Positions 9,294 through 18,406 of a stretch of DNA of 64,000 nucleotides are shown here, piece by piece (the first letter of the stretch is position 1; each line of letters starts with the position of its first letter). The position numbers and the translations under genes are program-made. The DNA is from a virus. Lineage: Duplodnaviria > Caudoviricetes. The DNA is taken from IMG/VR virus record IMGVR_UViG_3300049899_000550, positions 701-64,700 of that record; one strand, given 5' to 3'. The notes beneath the pieces are model-generated. The model worked only from the letters and a program-made list of their open reading frames with translations. It ran no database searches and was not told the DNA's origin.

Positions 9294-10930
9294 GAAAAGA
9301 GTTTACCAAACTGTTCGTTTGGACTTGTAGATTCTTTTGGTTCCTCTTTGCTCTTTAAATCACTAGTAAGGTCCATACCCGGCCATAACTCGGTAAGCTG
9401 AGTATTTCCGTTTAGGGTTTTTTTGCCTTTGAATCCTCGACTACCGATTATTTCCTTCCAGTACTTATCATACTTTTTGATAAAGTATTCAGCAGTTTCA
9501 CGATCCGGCGATGCAAAAATAGCTTCAACAACCTCCGAAAACATTTCATAATCCGGTACGCTACGTTGCATCATTTTAGGATATTGCCCTGCATCGAATT
9601 GTCTGTTAGCTTCTTGCACCGCGTATATATGAGTCCAAACATTGTGACCCATTTGTAATGCATAACTAAAACTATCCCAACTTGTCTTACCAATCTTCTT
9701 AATCTTGTTTAAGTCTGGAACTACACTATAATGATCTGGGTTTTCAAAATCAAACTTTTCACCATTTAGTTCTGCATCAGTTTTCCGTACGCCGTCTTTG
9801 TATACGCATATATCATTTATTTGCATACGTTCACTAATAGGGCTCTCATCAAAGTGTTTAAAGTGTGCAAGGTGGTCTTGCATTACTACGTCACGCCATT
9901 TACGAGTGTCGTTTGCATACTTCTTATCATCGATGCTTGATGTCATCCTGTAACACCATTTCTCTTTGTTAGGAAGGTCTACATGATGGTATACTTGTCC
10001 GTTTGCAGTTGCTAAGAAAGGACTGGCACAATCAAAACTAATTGTGAAATTCGGATTAACATACTTTCTAACCGCACGTTGTATAGTTGTAAGTAGTACA
10101 GCCCACTCTAGTTTACTAGTGCCTAAGAAATGCATCCAATCATGCACTCCTTCTTGCAATAAGTTGTCATAACGTAACGCAACGATGCGTTTTAGTACAA
10201 GATGAACGTCGGCTACGTTTTGTCCGCCCATTGCCCAACCATCAAAGTGTGTATCGGGGTATTTAACAGGGTCGCAATAGTCTTTCATTAACTCGTACCA
10301 CTTGTCTGCACTGGCATGGTTGTCGCCTTGTAATACGTTTAAGAACTTAGCACCGCCGTTCTTTACACCTTTGCGATGTTGCATAAAGTAATCGTTATTA
10401 AATTTAGTCGCATCAACTGCTTCTTGTAATGTAGTGATCTTACATGCATCACTTGCTTTCTTATCATATATAACCCACGTAGGTATATCTAAAATCATAG
10501 CGTAGTCGGATATGTTATCTAACCAAGTTAAAACTGCCGCACGTTTCTTTTGTGCTTTTGGACAGCCCGAATTAGCTTTCCAATCGCCTTCCCAAAGACC
10601 TTTTGCAATTTGGAAACCGCCTGAGTCTCCTAGCATAAAAGTACCAGGCTCTCTGTCACGTACCATATCTTCTTTGGGCGACTTTTTGTTTAAGTCTAAG
10701 TCTGCATGACCACCAGAATATAAACTCCACTTGTAAGGAAACAAACTCTTCTTACTGTTTAACCAGTTAAGTTGTTCCATGTCTTGTAGTTGTGCTGGCA
10801 TGCGTGATGGTTCTACAAAGTTAGGGTCGACGCGTTGTTTACCGATGTATGTAGCATAGAAGCCACTTATAGCTGGTAGAAATATTGCGTAGTCTTTTTG
10901 CTTTGCTGTAAAATCGTCTTGTTCTGTCAT
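9290..10930 (-). CDS. tRNA-guanine transglycosylase superfamily protein (TGT/DpdA-like)
   Basis: LGDSGGFQI, MILDIP, NVLQG, WAMGG, HFLG and SFDCAS appear in TGT order. Confidence 0.8.
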   Translation of the reverse strand: MTEQDDFTAKQKDYAIFLPAISGFYATYIGKQRVDPNFVEPSRMPAQLQDMEQLNWLNSKKSLFPYKWSLYSGGHADLDLNKKSPKEDMVRDREPGTFMLGDSGGFQIAKGLWEGDWKANSGCPKAQKKRAAVLTWLDNISDYAMILDIPTWVIYDKKASDACKITTLQEAVDATKFNNDYFMQHRKGVKNGGAKFLNVLQGDNHASADKWYELMKDYCDPVKYPDTHFDGWAMGGQNVADVHLVLKRIVALRYDNLLQEGVHDWMHFLGTSKLEWAVLLTTIQRAVRKYVNPNFTISFDCASPFLATANGQVYHHVDLPNKEKWCYRMTSSIDDKKYANDTRKWRDVVMQDHLAHFKHFDESPISERMQINDICVYKDGVRKTDAELNGEKFDFENPDHYSVVPDLNKIKKIGKTSWDSFSYALQMGHNVWTHIYAVQEANRQFDAGQYPKMMQRSVPDYEMFSEVVEAIFASPDRETAEYFIKKYDKYWKEIIGSRGFKGKKTLNGNTQLTELWPGMDLTSDLKSKEEPKESTSPNEQFGKLFS

Positions 10931-11250
10931 TATGATCCTTTTAATAATACATATGTTAATTGTTCTGGTGTTGGTTTGTATACTGTATTAGCATAAACGT
11001 ATTTAGGTCTACTCTCTCCTCGAGAAACTTTTAGCATTTTATATTTAGAGGATGCTCTTAATACTTTAAATAAATCTACTTTTCCTTTAGTAGCAATCCA
11101 TTCAAGACTAACAACAACAAAGTCGTCCTTGTTAACCTCTTGTCCAAAAGCGTCTATGTGTATGTTACTGCCTTCTTCTTCTTCGTTTTTCTTGTCGTTC
11201 GCGGCAGCAAGTGTATCCTCTAGGGCTTCAACCATTTCGTCAGTCGTCAT
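10930..11250 (-). CDS. Hypothetical protein, paralog family B (D-x-x-G...D-x-V)
   Basis: IDAFGQEVNKDDFVVV resembles the ORFs at 62766 and 63052. Confidence 0.65.
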   Translation of the reverse strand: MTTDEMVEALEDTLAAANDKKNEEEEGSNIHIDAFGQEVNKDDFVVVSLEWIATKGKVDLFKVLRASSKYKMLKVSRGESRPKYVYANTVYKPTPEQLTYVLLKGS

Positions 11251-11602
11251 AGTAATAACTATCCCTTTGCAACGAATGTACCATTCTATAATTTGTTATG
11301 TTTTTGTCCTTTGTATAACAACGTGTTTCAAGCGGGAGGTAACCCGCTCTACGAATCCTTATTAACAAAGTAGACCTTATTCCATCCTCAAAAATAAATC
11401 GTTTTGTGAATGTATCTTTGGTTGCTCTAAACGTTATAATACCTTCGTGCATACTATCAGCAATTCCGATAGCAATCAGTGGACGTATGATACTGCCGTC
11501 TACTATTTCAAAATGTATATCGACATAATTGCTGCTAAGTATATCCCAACATTCCTTCTGTTCTTTACTCAGCATCTTCATAATTAGATACCAACGCTTC
11601 AA
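11240..11602 (-). CDS. Hypothetical protein
   Basis: ORF track; the true start is probably a downstream ATG. Confidence 0.55.
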   Translation of the reverse strand: MKRWYLIMKMLSKEQKECWDILSSNYVDIHFEIVDGSIIRPLIAIGIADSMHEGIITFRATKDTFTKRFIFEDGIRSTLLIRIRRAGYLPLETRCYTKDKNITNYRMVHSLQRDSYYYDD

Positions 11603-11918
11603 TTATCTTATACTTTTCGTAAGCGTCTTTGAGCGTAGGGAATCGTTCTATTTTAGCCTTCAAGTCCCCTTCTTCTTTTTGCTTGTCCTTTGCCCATTCA
11701 ATTGCATTAATAACTTCTACATCTAAAGATATACCAAATTCCTGATCGGGAACCTCCACCCACATACCACCGTTGTAAACTTTTAACGTTTGGTCACTGC
11801 TATCAAATCTAACAGCACCCGCCTGTTCACTAGATGGCAAGTTTTCGCTAGTAGTTACATAACTAGGCTGCGAGCTTACAACACGAACGTCGTTGTTAGT
11901 ACTGTAAACGTTAGTCAT
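11565..11918 (-). CDS. Hypothetical protein
   Basis: ORF with SD GAGG. Confidence 0.7.
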   Translation of the reverse strand: MTNVYSTNNDVRVVSSQPSYVTTSENLPSSEQAGAVRFDSSDQTLKVYNGGMWVEVPDQEFGISLDVEVINAIEWAKDKQKEEGDLKAKIERFPTLKDAYEKYKIIEALVSNYEDAE

Positions 11919-11919
11919 A

Positions 11920-12102
11920 TTATTCCTCTATATTTAAAATGTTATCTAACGCACGAGTCAAGTCTTCGTGTAACGTACTACACATCTGTTCACGCTTCAT
12001 ATACACAACTTTCTCTTTATACGTGTCGAGACTGTATTGGTGTTCTGCATGTGCTTCACATGCCGCTAATACATTAAGTATGAATATTAGTTCCGGAGCC
12101 AT
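11920..12102 (-). CDS. Hypothetical protein
   Basis: Fills the gap between the clamp gene and the next gene. Confidence 0.5.
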   Translation of the reverse strand: MAPELIFILNVLAACEAHAEHQYSLDTYKEKVVYMKREQMCSTLHEDLTRALDNILNIEE

Positions 12103-12837
12103 TTACTTTGTATGCGCTGGTAGCAAGTAATTGTAAGTAGATACGCCAGTGTTAACAGTAATCTGCATTACACCTTCATTGCTAATTTGCATTTTCTTCA
12201 TACCAACAAGATTTAAAATACCCATTACTGGTGCAACAGGCCATGCCCATTCTCTTGCTATCTTTCCGACAATGTTTGCTTCAAAAACAAAGTTACCAGC
12301 ATGACTACTAACATCACCAAAGTAAAATACAAGATTACTATTGTCGTCTGTCTTAACAGTGAATGTTTCTTCTTCTGCGTTTGCACTTGCTTGGAACTTT
12401 AAGCGTAGTATTGCAGCTTCACTAGGTTCAAAATCAACGTCCCAATTAGCACCGCGAAACTTAACTGACTTAAGTGTTTCTTCAACTTGTGTACTAGTCA
12501 TAAAACGGTAATCGTTTTTGAAGTCACCTGCTGCATTTTCAAAATGCAAACCAGACGGAGTCGAAACGCCAGCGCGGTCTTCTTTCTTCAAGGAAATTTT
12601 AGCATTGTCTTTGTATTCTGGGATACCGAGGATTGTATTAAGCTTACCTAAATTGGGCATGCCAAATGTTCCTTCAAATTCGGCAACTGGTGTGTTTGTT
12701 TCGGCATGTATAATAACACTACGGTCCGATGCAAGTGCTTCAATCTTTGTTTCTTTGTCAGCACCTACAATTTTAACTAGGTCTACAATACCTAATCCGT
12801 AAGTGTTCTTTACTATGTCCAATAAGTAATCTTTCAT
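12103..12837 (-). CDS. DNA polymerase sliding clamp (T4 gp45-like)
   Basis: About 245 aa; FGMPNLGKLNTIL, DYRF; adjacent to polB. Start moved to ATG 12837 behind AGGAG. Confidence 0.65.
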   Translation of the reverse strand: MKDYLLDIVKNTYGLGIVDLVKIVGADKETKIEALASDRSVIIHAETNTPVAEFEGTFGMPNLGKLNTILGIPEYKDNAKISLKKEDRAGVSTPSGLHFENAAGDFKNDYRFMTSTQVEETLKSVKFRGANWDVDFEPSEAAILRLKFQASANAEEETFTVKTDDNSNLVFYFGDVSSHAGNFVFEANIVGKIAREWAWPVAPVMGILNLVGMKKMQISNEGVMQITVNTGVSTYNYLLPAHTK

Positions 12838-12903
12838 TTCGTGTTTCTCCTGTAATAATGTATTATATACTATGTATTTAGATAATTCAACCAATAAGTT
12901 AAA

Positions 12904-13893
12904 TTAGTTCAATCTTTTTCTGTTGATAGTTTTATCGTTTACTATTTCACCAACGACTTGATGTCCTTTTAAAGTTGATAAGTCGCCCGGTTTCTTTATT
13001 ATTGCTACACTTATATCCGGAATGACTATGTTTTCTGTAGGCAGAGTTATTAAGTCTATCAAATTAAACCTGATGTCCTTAATTAAATTAGTTATTGATT
13101 CGGTATCTGCAAATGGGTGTAAACTTTCATCAACTCTTTCGGCTATTGCAGCACTATCAGAATTATAAAAATTAAACATAATAACACCACCCGGACGTAA
13201 CAACTTAAACAATGTTTTGAGGATATCTTGAATAACTGATAATTTGCAATGATGGAAAAGATCCCATACTAAAATAAATCCGAATTGAGATTGTGGTAAT
13301 AATTCAAAATTAAGATCTTTAATTACGTAAGGTCTTAATCTTGTTTGATACAAAGCAGGATAGGAACTAATTATTTTCGCAAGATTATCAGGCTGATGCG
13401 AAGCGATATACAACGGATCGGATCCAGTTATACAGTTTGTTATTTCAGCATTTCTAGGATCGATTATAAGTCCGGGATACTGCCACTTAGAATGAAATGC
13501 AATTTTCGTTTTAATTATTCCTGTTGTATCGTTGGATTTGATCATATCGAAACTACTAGTTTGAAAAGTTCGGACAAACAAAATTTTATCGTATGTAAAT
13601 ACAGCATCTGGAATAACAGGATTGTCTGTTATTTCGTTTCCACGAAGGTATATTTCTTTGTTTAACTGCTTAATAAATGTTTGTGCTTCAGTAACAATAT
13701 TTCTGTTTATTGTTTCTAAGTTAGTATACCGACTAAGTAACTTATCAATAGATTTATAGTGTAAATTGTTATGTGCAAGATTAAATCTCTTTAAGGCATG
13801 TTTTTTATTATCAATAGTATTAGTAATACCTAACTCATCAACGGTTGCTCGTAAATCGTTGCGCACGGCAACTAGGTCAGTCAACTTACTCAT
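12904..13893 (-). CDS. Coiled-coil plus class I methyltransferase-like protein
   Basis: FGFILVWDLFHH...LLRPGGVIMF. Confidence 0.6.
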   Translation of the reverse strand: MSKLTDLVAVRNDLRATVDELGITNTIDNKKHALKRFNLAHNNLHYKSIDKLLSRYTNLETINRNIVTEAQTFIKQLNKEIYLRGNEITDNPVIPDAVFTYDKILFVRTFQTSSFDMIKSNDTTGIIKTKIAFHSKWQYPGLIIDPRNAEITNCITGSDPLYIASHQPDNLAKIISSYPALYQTRLRPYVIKDLNFELLPQSQFGFILVWDLFHHCKLSVIQDILKTLFKLLRPGGVIMFNFYNSDSAAIAERVDESLHPFADTESITNLIKDIRFNLIDLITLPTENIVIPDISVAIIKKPGDLSTLKGHQVVGEIVNDKTINRKRLN

Positions 13894-13894
13894 T

Positions 13895-16576
13895 TTAGAA
13901 TTCAAACAAGTTGTCGAACGTTGATCGGATATTTATGTTTGCTTCTATGTCCCAGTCTAACACGCCTAGCAGGTTCCCTACTTTTTGATCTACAATAGTA
14001 GTTTCCATTAGCTCATCGTCAAACGGTAAGTCTTTAAACCATTGCGGTATACGTAGTTCGTCTATTGGATACCCTGCGGAAGTATAGCCCATCGGATTAT
14101 CTTTTAACTTACATACAATAGTTTTCATTCCGTCAATAATAGATAAAGAATAGTTGTCGCTGTTCATCTTTTTAAGATTGTTCCAGTTCATTGCCGCTCG
14201 CACGTGTCCGGGCATGTTAGCTCTACCCTGCTTTGCTTCTGCCGCTGTAAACTTAGTCAAATTGTTTACACGCTTAGGTGTGCCTTTTTCCCATGCTGGT
14301 AAATCCTGAAACATAGTTTTAAATTCTTTTACTTTCTCTATAATCTCTTCGCGTCCTGTGCCTGTTAGTACATCTTCTAAAATTTCACTTAAAAAGTCCT
14401 GTACTATTTTGGGTGTGTCTGCACGTTTAAGATCAAGCCCCATCGCTTTTACTTTGCCTGGTCCGTTTATGTCTTTACGAGTACCTTCCTCGTCTACAAT
14501 CAATGCAGCATAACGTTTCTTTTTAATGAACAATCCTTTCGAAGCAACAATTTCACGACCACATATAATTAGCTCGCCCATATGTCTTGGACAATGAAAC
14601 GAACGTTCCATCATACCTGGAAAACTTCCATTAATTTGATCAGCTACATTGTCGTATAACTGTACTGCTGTCTCGACGCTCCATTCCATCTTGCCTGCTT
14701 CGACATCATCTTTAATAAACGGCCATGCACTGAAGTAAGTAGAGTCGGTATCCCCGTAAACAATAGCTTTGCCGACGTGGTCATACTCGTCATCAAAACA
14801 TTCGTTAATAAATGCGCTCATGTGTTTTACAATGGTACGCCCTGTTAACGTAGTAGACTGTCCTATACGCTTGTCAAAGAAACGACACCCCGGATTGAGA
14901 ATAGCCCCGTATAAACTGTTTAAGTTAATTTTCTTAACTAACTGACGCTTATCCCAAAACGCAATATCCTCTGGTGTGGTTGCTTCTTTCTTTTTCTTTT
15001 GCATAACCTTACGTTCTGCATACCACGTTTTTAATAACGTAGGCACAATAGCTTCTTTAGTATAATCAAATATAGTACCGTTGGCACTAAGGATCCAAGG
15101 GCGGTTCTCTTCAAAGATCATTTTGTATACTTCCGACGCGGTCATTACAGTAGATGCTTCTGCTTTGGCATTCTCTCCGTACATAGGTTCCCAGTCGACT
15201 GTAATTTCTGTGCCTGGTGTTTGTTCCATAACTGCTGTATATTCTAACGAGCCGAATATTCCTTCCCACGCTTTTGCAAATGTTATTTTCTTACTAGACG
15301 CCATTGATTCTGCCAACTGGTGACTAGTCATTACTGGTCGCAATTGTCCTACAATAGTTTCCGGTCCCATGTTTAAGGCACGAATAGCAGATGGGTATAG
15401 ACTGTTAATATCAACAGAGCCTACCCAATCATGCATACCTTTCTTGGGAAATGCTACATACGCACCAGCTGCCGCAGTATCTTCATCGTTGCGATGTTTT
15501 CTATTTGGTACTACCATTCCGTCTTTGTGCGCTTGGTTAATAATTGCTTGTTCTGTTACTGCAACCGCACCCATCGTTGTTGGAAGTAAAACTGTGTTCT
15601 GATGTGCTAGTTCGTTTGCTAAATCCATAAACTTTAATTTAGTATCCAACTTAGCTAACAGCATTGTATCTTCGCGGTTGTATTCTATAAACTTTGGAAA
15701 GTCCTGATTGTACAATTGATCTAATGTACCATCGTAAGGAACTTTCATGCCTACTTCTTCGTACTCGCCTATAGCATCTAAACTATAACTATGACGCTCT
15801 TCGTATGTGTAATTGCGATATAACTGCATGTAATCTAAATGTACACGACCAACTAAATCAAACGTAAGATTCTCTGCACCAAAGCGTTCAAACATTCTTT
15901 TCTTTGGTAACTGGTCCCACAAACAAAAACGTCTCGTGTCGTCCTTGCTTAATACACGTGTGATACGCATAACAGTATAAGGTATATCATACCCCTCGCT
16001 GTTCCACCCACTTAGTACATCCGCATCTTCTATTAAGTCTAAAAACGTTTTAAGCATTTCACCTTCGTTAGTAAACAAGAAACAGTTTTCGTATTGACTA
16101 CAAATTTCCTCTGCACTTTCTTTACTGTAAGACTTAGGCGGTAGTACAAGTGTTACTAACTTGTCTGCCCAATCTAAGTAAACCGAGATAGCAGTGATAG
16201 GATTAAACGGATCGTTTGTCGGTGCATAGCCAAGCTTCTGGTCAAAGTCAACTTCAATATCAAAAAATGCTACTTGTAACTTAGGAGAATCTTGTCCAAG
16301 ATAGTTATCGGCTAGACAACGGAATGCTGGTTTAATATCGCTTTCCCATAGTGTCTTGTGTCCGTGTATTTTTTGTTCTCGTTGGAACTCTTTAAATTGC
16401 TTTGTAGCAAAACGACTAACAGGCGTGTCAAAGATTGTTTTGTGTTTGCCCTTAGGATCGTTGTAATAGAACACATAGTTGGCCGGATAGTCTTCATACA
16501 CCCGTTTACCATCTACACGCTCTACGACATGTATGCGATCCGTTTTTCTGTCATACCAAGCGTCGACGTATGAAAT
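13895..16576 (-). CDS. Family B DNA polymerase (T4 gp43-like), probable ATT start
   Basis: Exonuclease FFDIEVD and GWNSEGYDIPY; polymerase DINSLYPS, KINLNSLYG and YGDTDS. The frame is open up to AGGAG-7 nt-ATT-TCA-TAC-GTC-GAC. Confidence 0.95.
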   Translation of the reverse strand: MSYVDAWYDRKTDRIHVVERVDGKRVYEDYPANYVFYYNDPKGKHKTIFDTPVSRFATKQFKEFQREQKIHGHKTLWESDIKPAFRCLADNYLGQDSPKLQVAFFDIEVDFDQKLGYAPTNDPFNPITAISVYLDWADKLVTLVLPPKSYSKESAEEICSQYENCFLFTNEGEMLKTFLDLIEDADVLSGWNSEGYDIPYTVMRITRVLSKDDTRRFCLWDQLPKKRMFERFGAENLTFDLVGRVHLDYMQLYRNYTYEERHSYSLDAIGEYEEVGMKVPYDGTLDQLYNQDFPKFIEYNREDTMLLAKLDTKLKFMDLANELAHQNTVLLPTTMGAVAVTEQAIINQAHKDGMVVPNRKHRNDEDTAAAGAYVAFPKKGMHDWVGSVDINSLYPSAIRALNMGPETIVGQLRPVMTSHQLAESMASSKKITFAKAWEGIFGSLEYTAVMEQTPGTEITVDWEPMYGENAKAEASTVMTASEVYKMIFEENRPWILSANGTIFDYTKEAIVPTLLKTWYAERKVMQKKKKEATTPEDIAFWDKRQLVKKINLNSLYGAILNPGCRFFDKRIGQSTTLTGRTIVKHMSAFINECFDDEYDHVGKAIVYGDTDSTYFSAWPFIKDDVEAGKMEWSVETAVQLYDNVADQINGSFPGMMERSFHCPRHMGELIICGREIVASKGLFIKKKRYAALIVDEEGTRKDINGPGKVKAMGLDLKRADTPKIVQDFLSEILEDVLTGTGREEIIEKVKEFKTMFQDLPAWEKGTPKRVNNLTKFTAAEAKQGRANMPGHVRAAMNWNNLKKMNSDNYSLSIIDGMKTIVCKLKDNPMGYTSAGYPIDELRIPQWFKDLPFDDELMETTIVDQKVGNLLGVLDWDIEANINIRSTFDNLFEF

Positions 16577-16577
16577 A

Positions 16578-16748
16578 TTATTTCTCCTGTGCTTTTCTTA
16601 GTATTGCTGCGATTTCCGAACGCTTTAAGTGTGACATTCTACTCCAGATACGTTTTGTACCTTTGTACCATATTGCTGCACCGGCGATGTCACCGTTCGC
16701 TAGACGTTTTGCTTCACGTCTTAGTAATTTAGCTGTGGTGCCTCTCAT
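16578..16748 (-). CDS. Small basic protein (56 aa), stop abuts the polB start
   Basis: My translation MRGTTAKLLRREAKR...AILRKAQEK*; ATGA overlap with the upstream gene. Confidence 0.6.
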   Translation of the reverse strand: MRGTTAKLLRREAKRLANGDIAGAAIWYKGTKRIWSRMSHLKRSEIAAILRKAQEK

Positions 16749-17011
16749 AGTGTGCGACCTACAGTTTCTAAAATATCTGTTAATGTTTGGTGATCTTGGC
16801 AGTTATCTGTCCATTTTGACTTTTGTGCAAGCTTAATTGCTTTCTTCAGAATACTTGGTTTAATTTCCAAATCTTCTGCGATAGCTTTAATCGTGTCATT
16901 TAAGCTCACGGTTAAGTCTTCTATTTCGGTTAAGACAGTAACACCTTCGTTTACAATCTGTACTAATTTTGTTTTTTGCTCATTTGCAAATGTGCGTTCT
17001 TCGATATCCAT
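16745..17011 (-). CDS. Small dsDNA-binding protein (T4 DsbA/GapR-like)
   Basis: Helical 88-aa ORF: LTEIEDL...IKAIAEDLEIKPSILKKAIKLA. Confidence 0.55.
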   Translation of the reverse strand: MDIEERTFANEQKTKLVQIVNEGVTVLTEIEDLTVSLNDTIKAIAEDLEIKPSILKKAIKLAQKSKWTDNCQDHQTLTDILETVGRTL

Positions 17012-17033
17012 AATAACTCCTTATTAGTTAACT

Positions 17034-17062
17034 AGTATAACTTATTTAATACTGTAGAGCAA
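17034..17062 (-). promoter_or_regulatory. Sigma70-type promoter with embedded TAAATA
   Basis: TTGCTC-17 nt-TATACT. Confidence 0.55.
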
Positions 17063-17076
17063 TGGTTAAATATTTT

Positions 17077-17484
17077 TTAGAGTGTAATTGGTTTAGTGCG
17101 TAGGTGAGCTGGAAATTGCTTTGAAAAGTTACGTAGTATAACGCCAGCTTCTGAATTTGCTTCGTTTTCTTGTTCGCTACCTGTTTCGCCACTTTCGTTA
17201 TTTATATTATCGTCTAAGTATTGACGACAATGTACTAATTCATGTGCTAGTGTTCGTAATATATCAACGGTGTGTCTGTTTACAGCTTGTAATGTAATTG
17301 AGTACTCGTTAAGATCTAAACAACCAAACGTTGGCTGGTCCCCACTTGTTTCAACTTCTTTAACTAAATGCATTGCAGGCAATTTTTCTAGTTTTAAGTA
17401 GTCATTAGCAAACGGAAGGAAGTCGCGCAATGCATCCATTAGCGTTGCGTTATTATCTGGCAAGTCTAGTTCGAATAAAAACAT
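17077..17484 (-). CDS. Zincin-like metallopeptidase, tagged N-terminus MFLFE
   Basis: TLAHELVHCRQ (HExxH) and downstream ENEANSEAG. Confidence 0.7.
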   Translation of the reverse strand: MFLFELDLPDNNATLMDALRDFLPFANDYLKLEKLPAMHLVKEVETSGDQPTFGCLDLNEYSITLQAVNRHTVDILRTLAHELVHCRQYLDDNINNESGETGSEQENEANSEAGVILRNFSKQFPAHLRTKPITL

Positions 17485-17485
17485 A

Positions 17486-18406
17486 TTATATTCCTATAAA
17501 CCTTTCGAAATCGTATAACAAATCAGTTACAGCACGAGTTTCACTTAGCACCTGTCCTACTTTGTTTATTGCTGCTGTTTTCTTATCGCCTTTTGGCGTA
17601 CCAACTTCACCACTTTTAACAGATATCATACTTTTAAATACACCAACAATACGGTTGTTACTGCGTGGATTCTTTATAGACTTCTTTGCTTGTGCTAATA
17701 GAGTATCAAAGTCAGCGTCTACATTATATTTATATAATAGCTTCTTTAAATCAGCAAATGAATTAGATTGCCAAACAACTTCGCGCCCTGCTTGCTTATA
17801 AGTGCCGGGTTCGTAAGTAACTATTCTAAGTTCTAGTTTTACACTAGACAAGTTAAATTCGTATTCCTGATTTTCTTCTAACGGTGGTACATTTTTAATG
17901 CCCATACGCGCAAAAACTTCTTCGGGCTTTTCTTCTACAGTTGATACCTTTACTAGTCCTAGTATTAGTCCTTGTACTTCTGCTGGAAAGTCTAAGAAGC
18001 CACCTTTAAATTCTGCTTCTGTTGCTGTTAATGCAATAACGTTATCTACCTGTACACTATAGCCTAACTTTTTATCGTGATATCGAACAGTAATAATTTC
18101 GCCCGAATTATAATGTCTGCGTCCGACATACTTGGGTGAAGAGAATGGTACAATAACTGTGTCTGGTAACTGCGTTAGATATGCCGCTAATTCTGTTTTA
18201 AGTGTTTTCTTATCTAAGTCGGATTCAATATGTGTAATTAAATCAATGTCACCAAAGTCTTCTTTACTTTGGTCGCTGTTGTAACTGCCACTAGGAGCAA
18301 TACTAACAAAGCCCGGGAATTTTTTAATTACCTTTTCGTAACTTTTTAGGAATTGTTTAAAGTCCTTACGACTTTGTATACGGTCTGCACCGGTTACGCC
18401 TGACAT
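17486..18406 (-). CDS. Pol-beta-superfamily nucleotidyltransferase
   Basis: SGSY...DFGDIDL and VQVD triad. Confidence 0.7.
   Translation of the reverse strand: MSGVTGADRIQSRKDFKQFLKSYEKVIKKFPGFVSIAPSGSYNSDQSKEDFGDIDLITHIESDLDKKTLKTELAAYLTQLPDTVIVPFSSPKYVGRRHYNSGEIITVRYHDKKLGYSVQVDNVIALTATEAEFKGGFLDFPAEVQGLILGLVKVSTVEEKPEEVFARMGIKNVPPLEENQEYEFNLSSVKLELRIVTYEPGTYKQAGREVVWQSNSFADLKKLLYKYNVDADFDTLLAQAKKSIKNPRSNNRIVGVFKSMISVKSGEVGTPKGDKKTAAINKVGQVLSETRAVTDLLYDFERFIGI

Noticed and set aside
13895-16576. Intein or intron in polB (and in clpA, phoH)
   Set aside because: Lengths are normal and motifs are contiguous; no intein junction or LAGLIDADG insert was seen.
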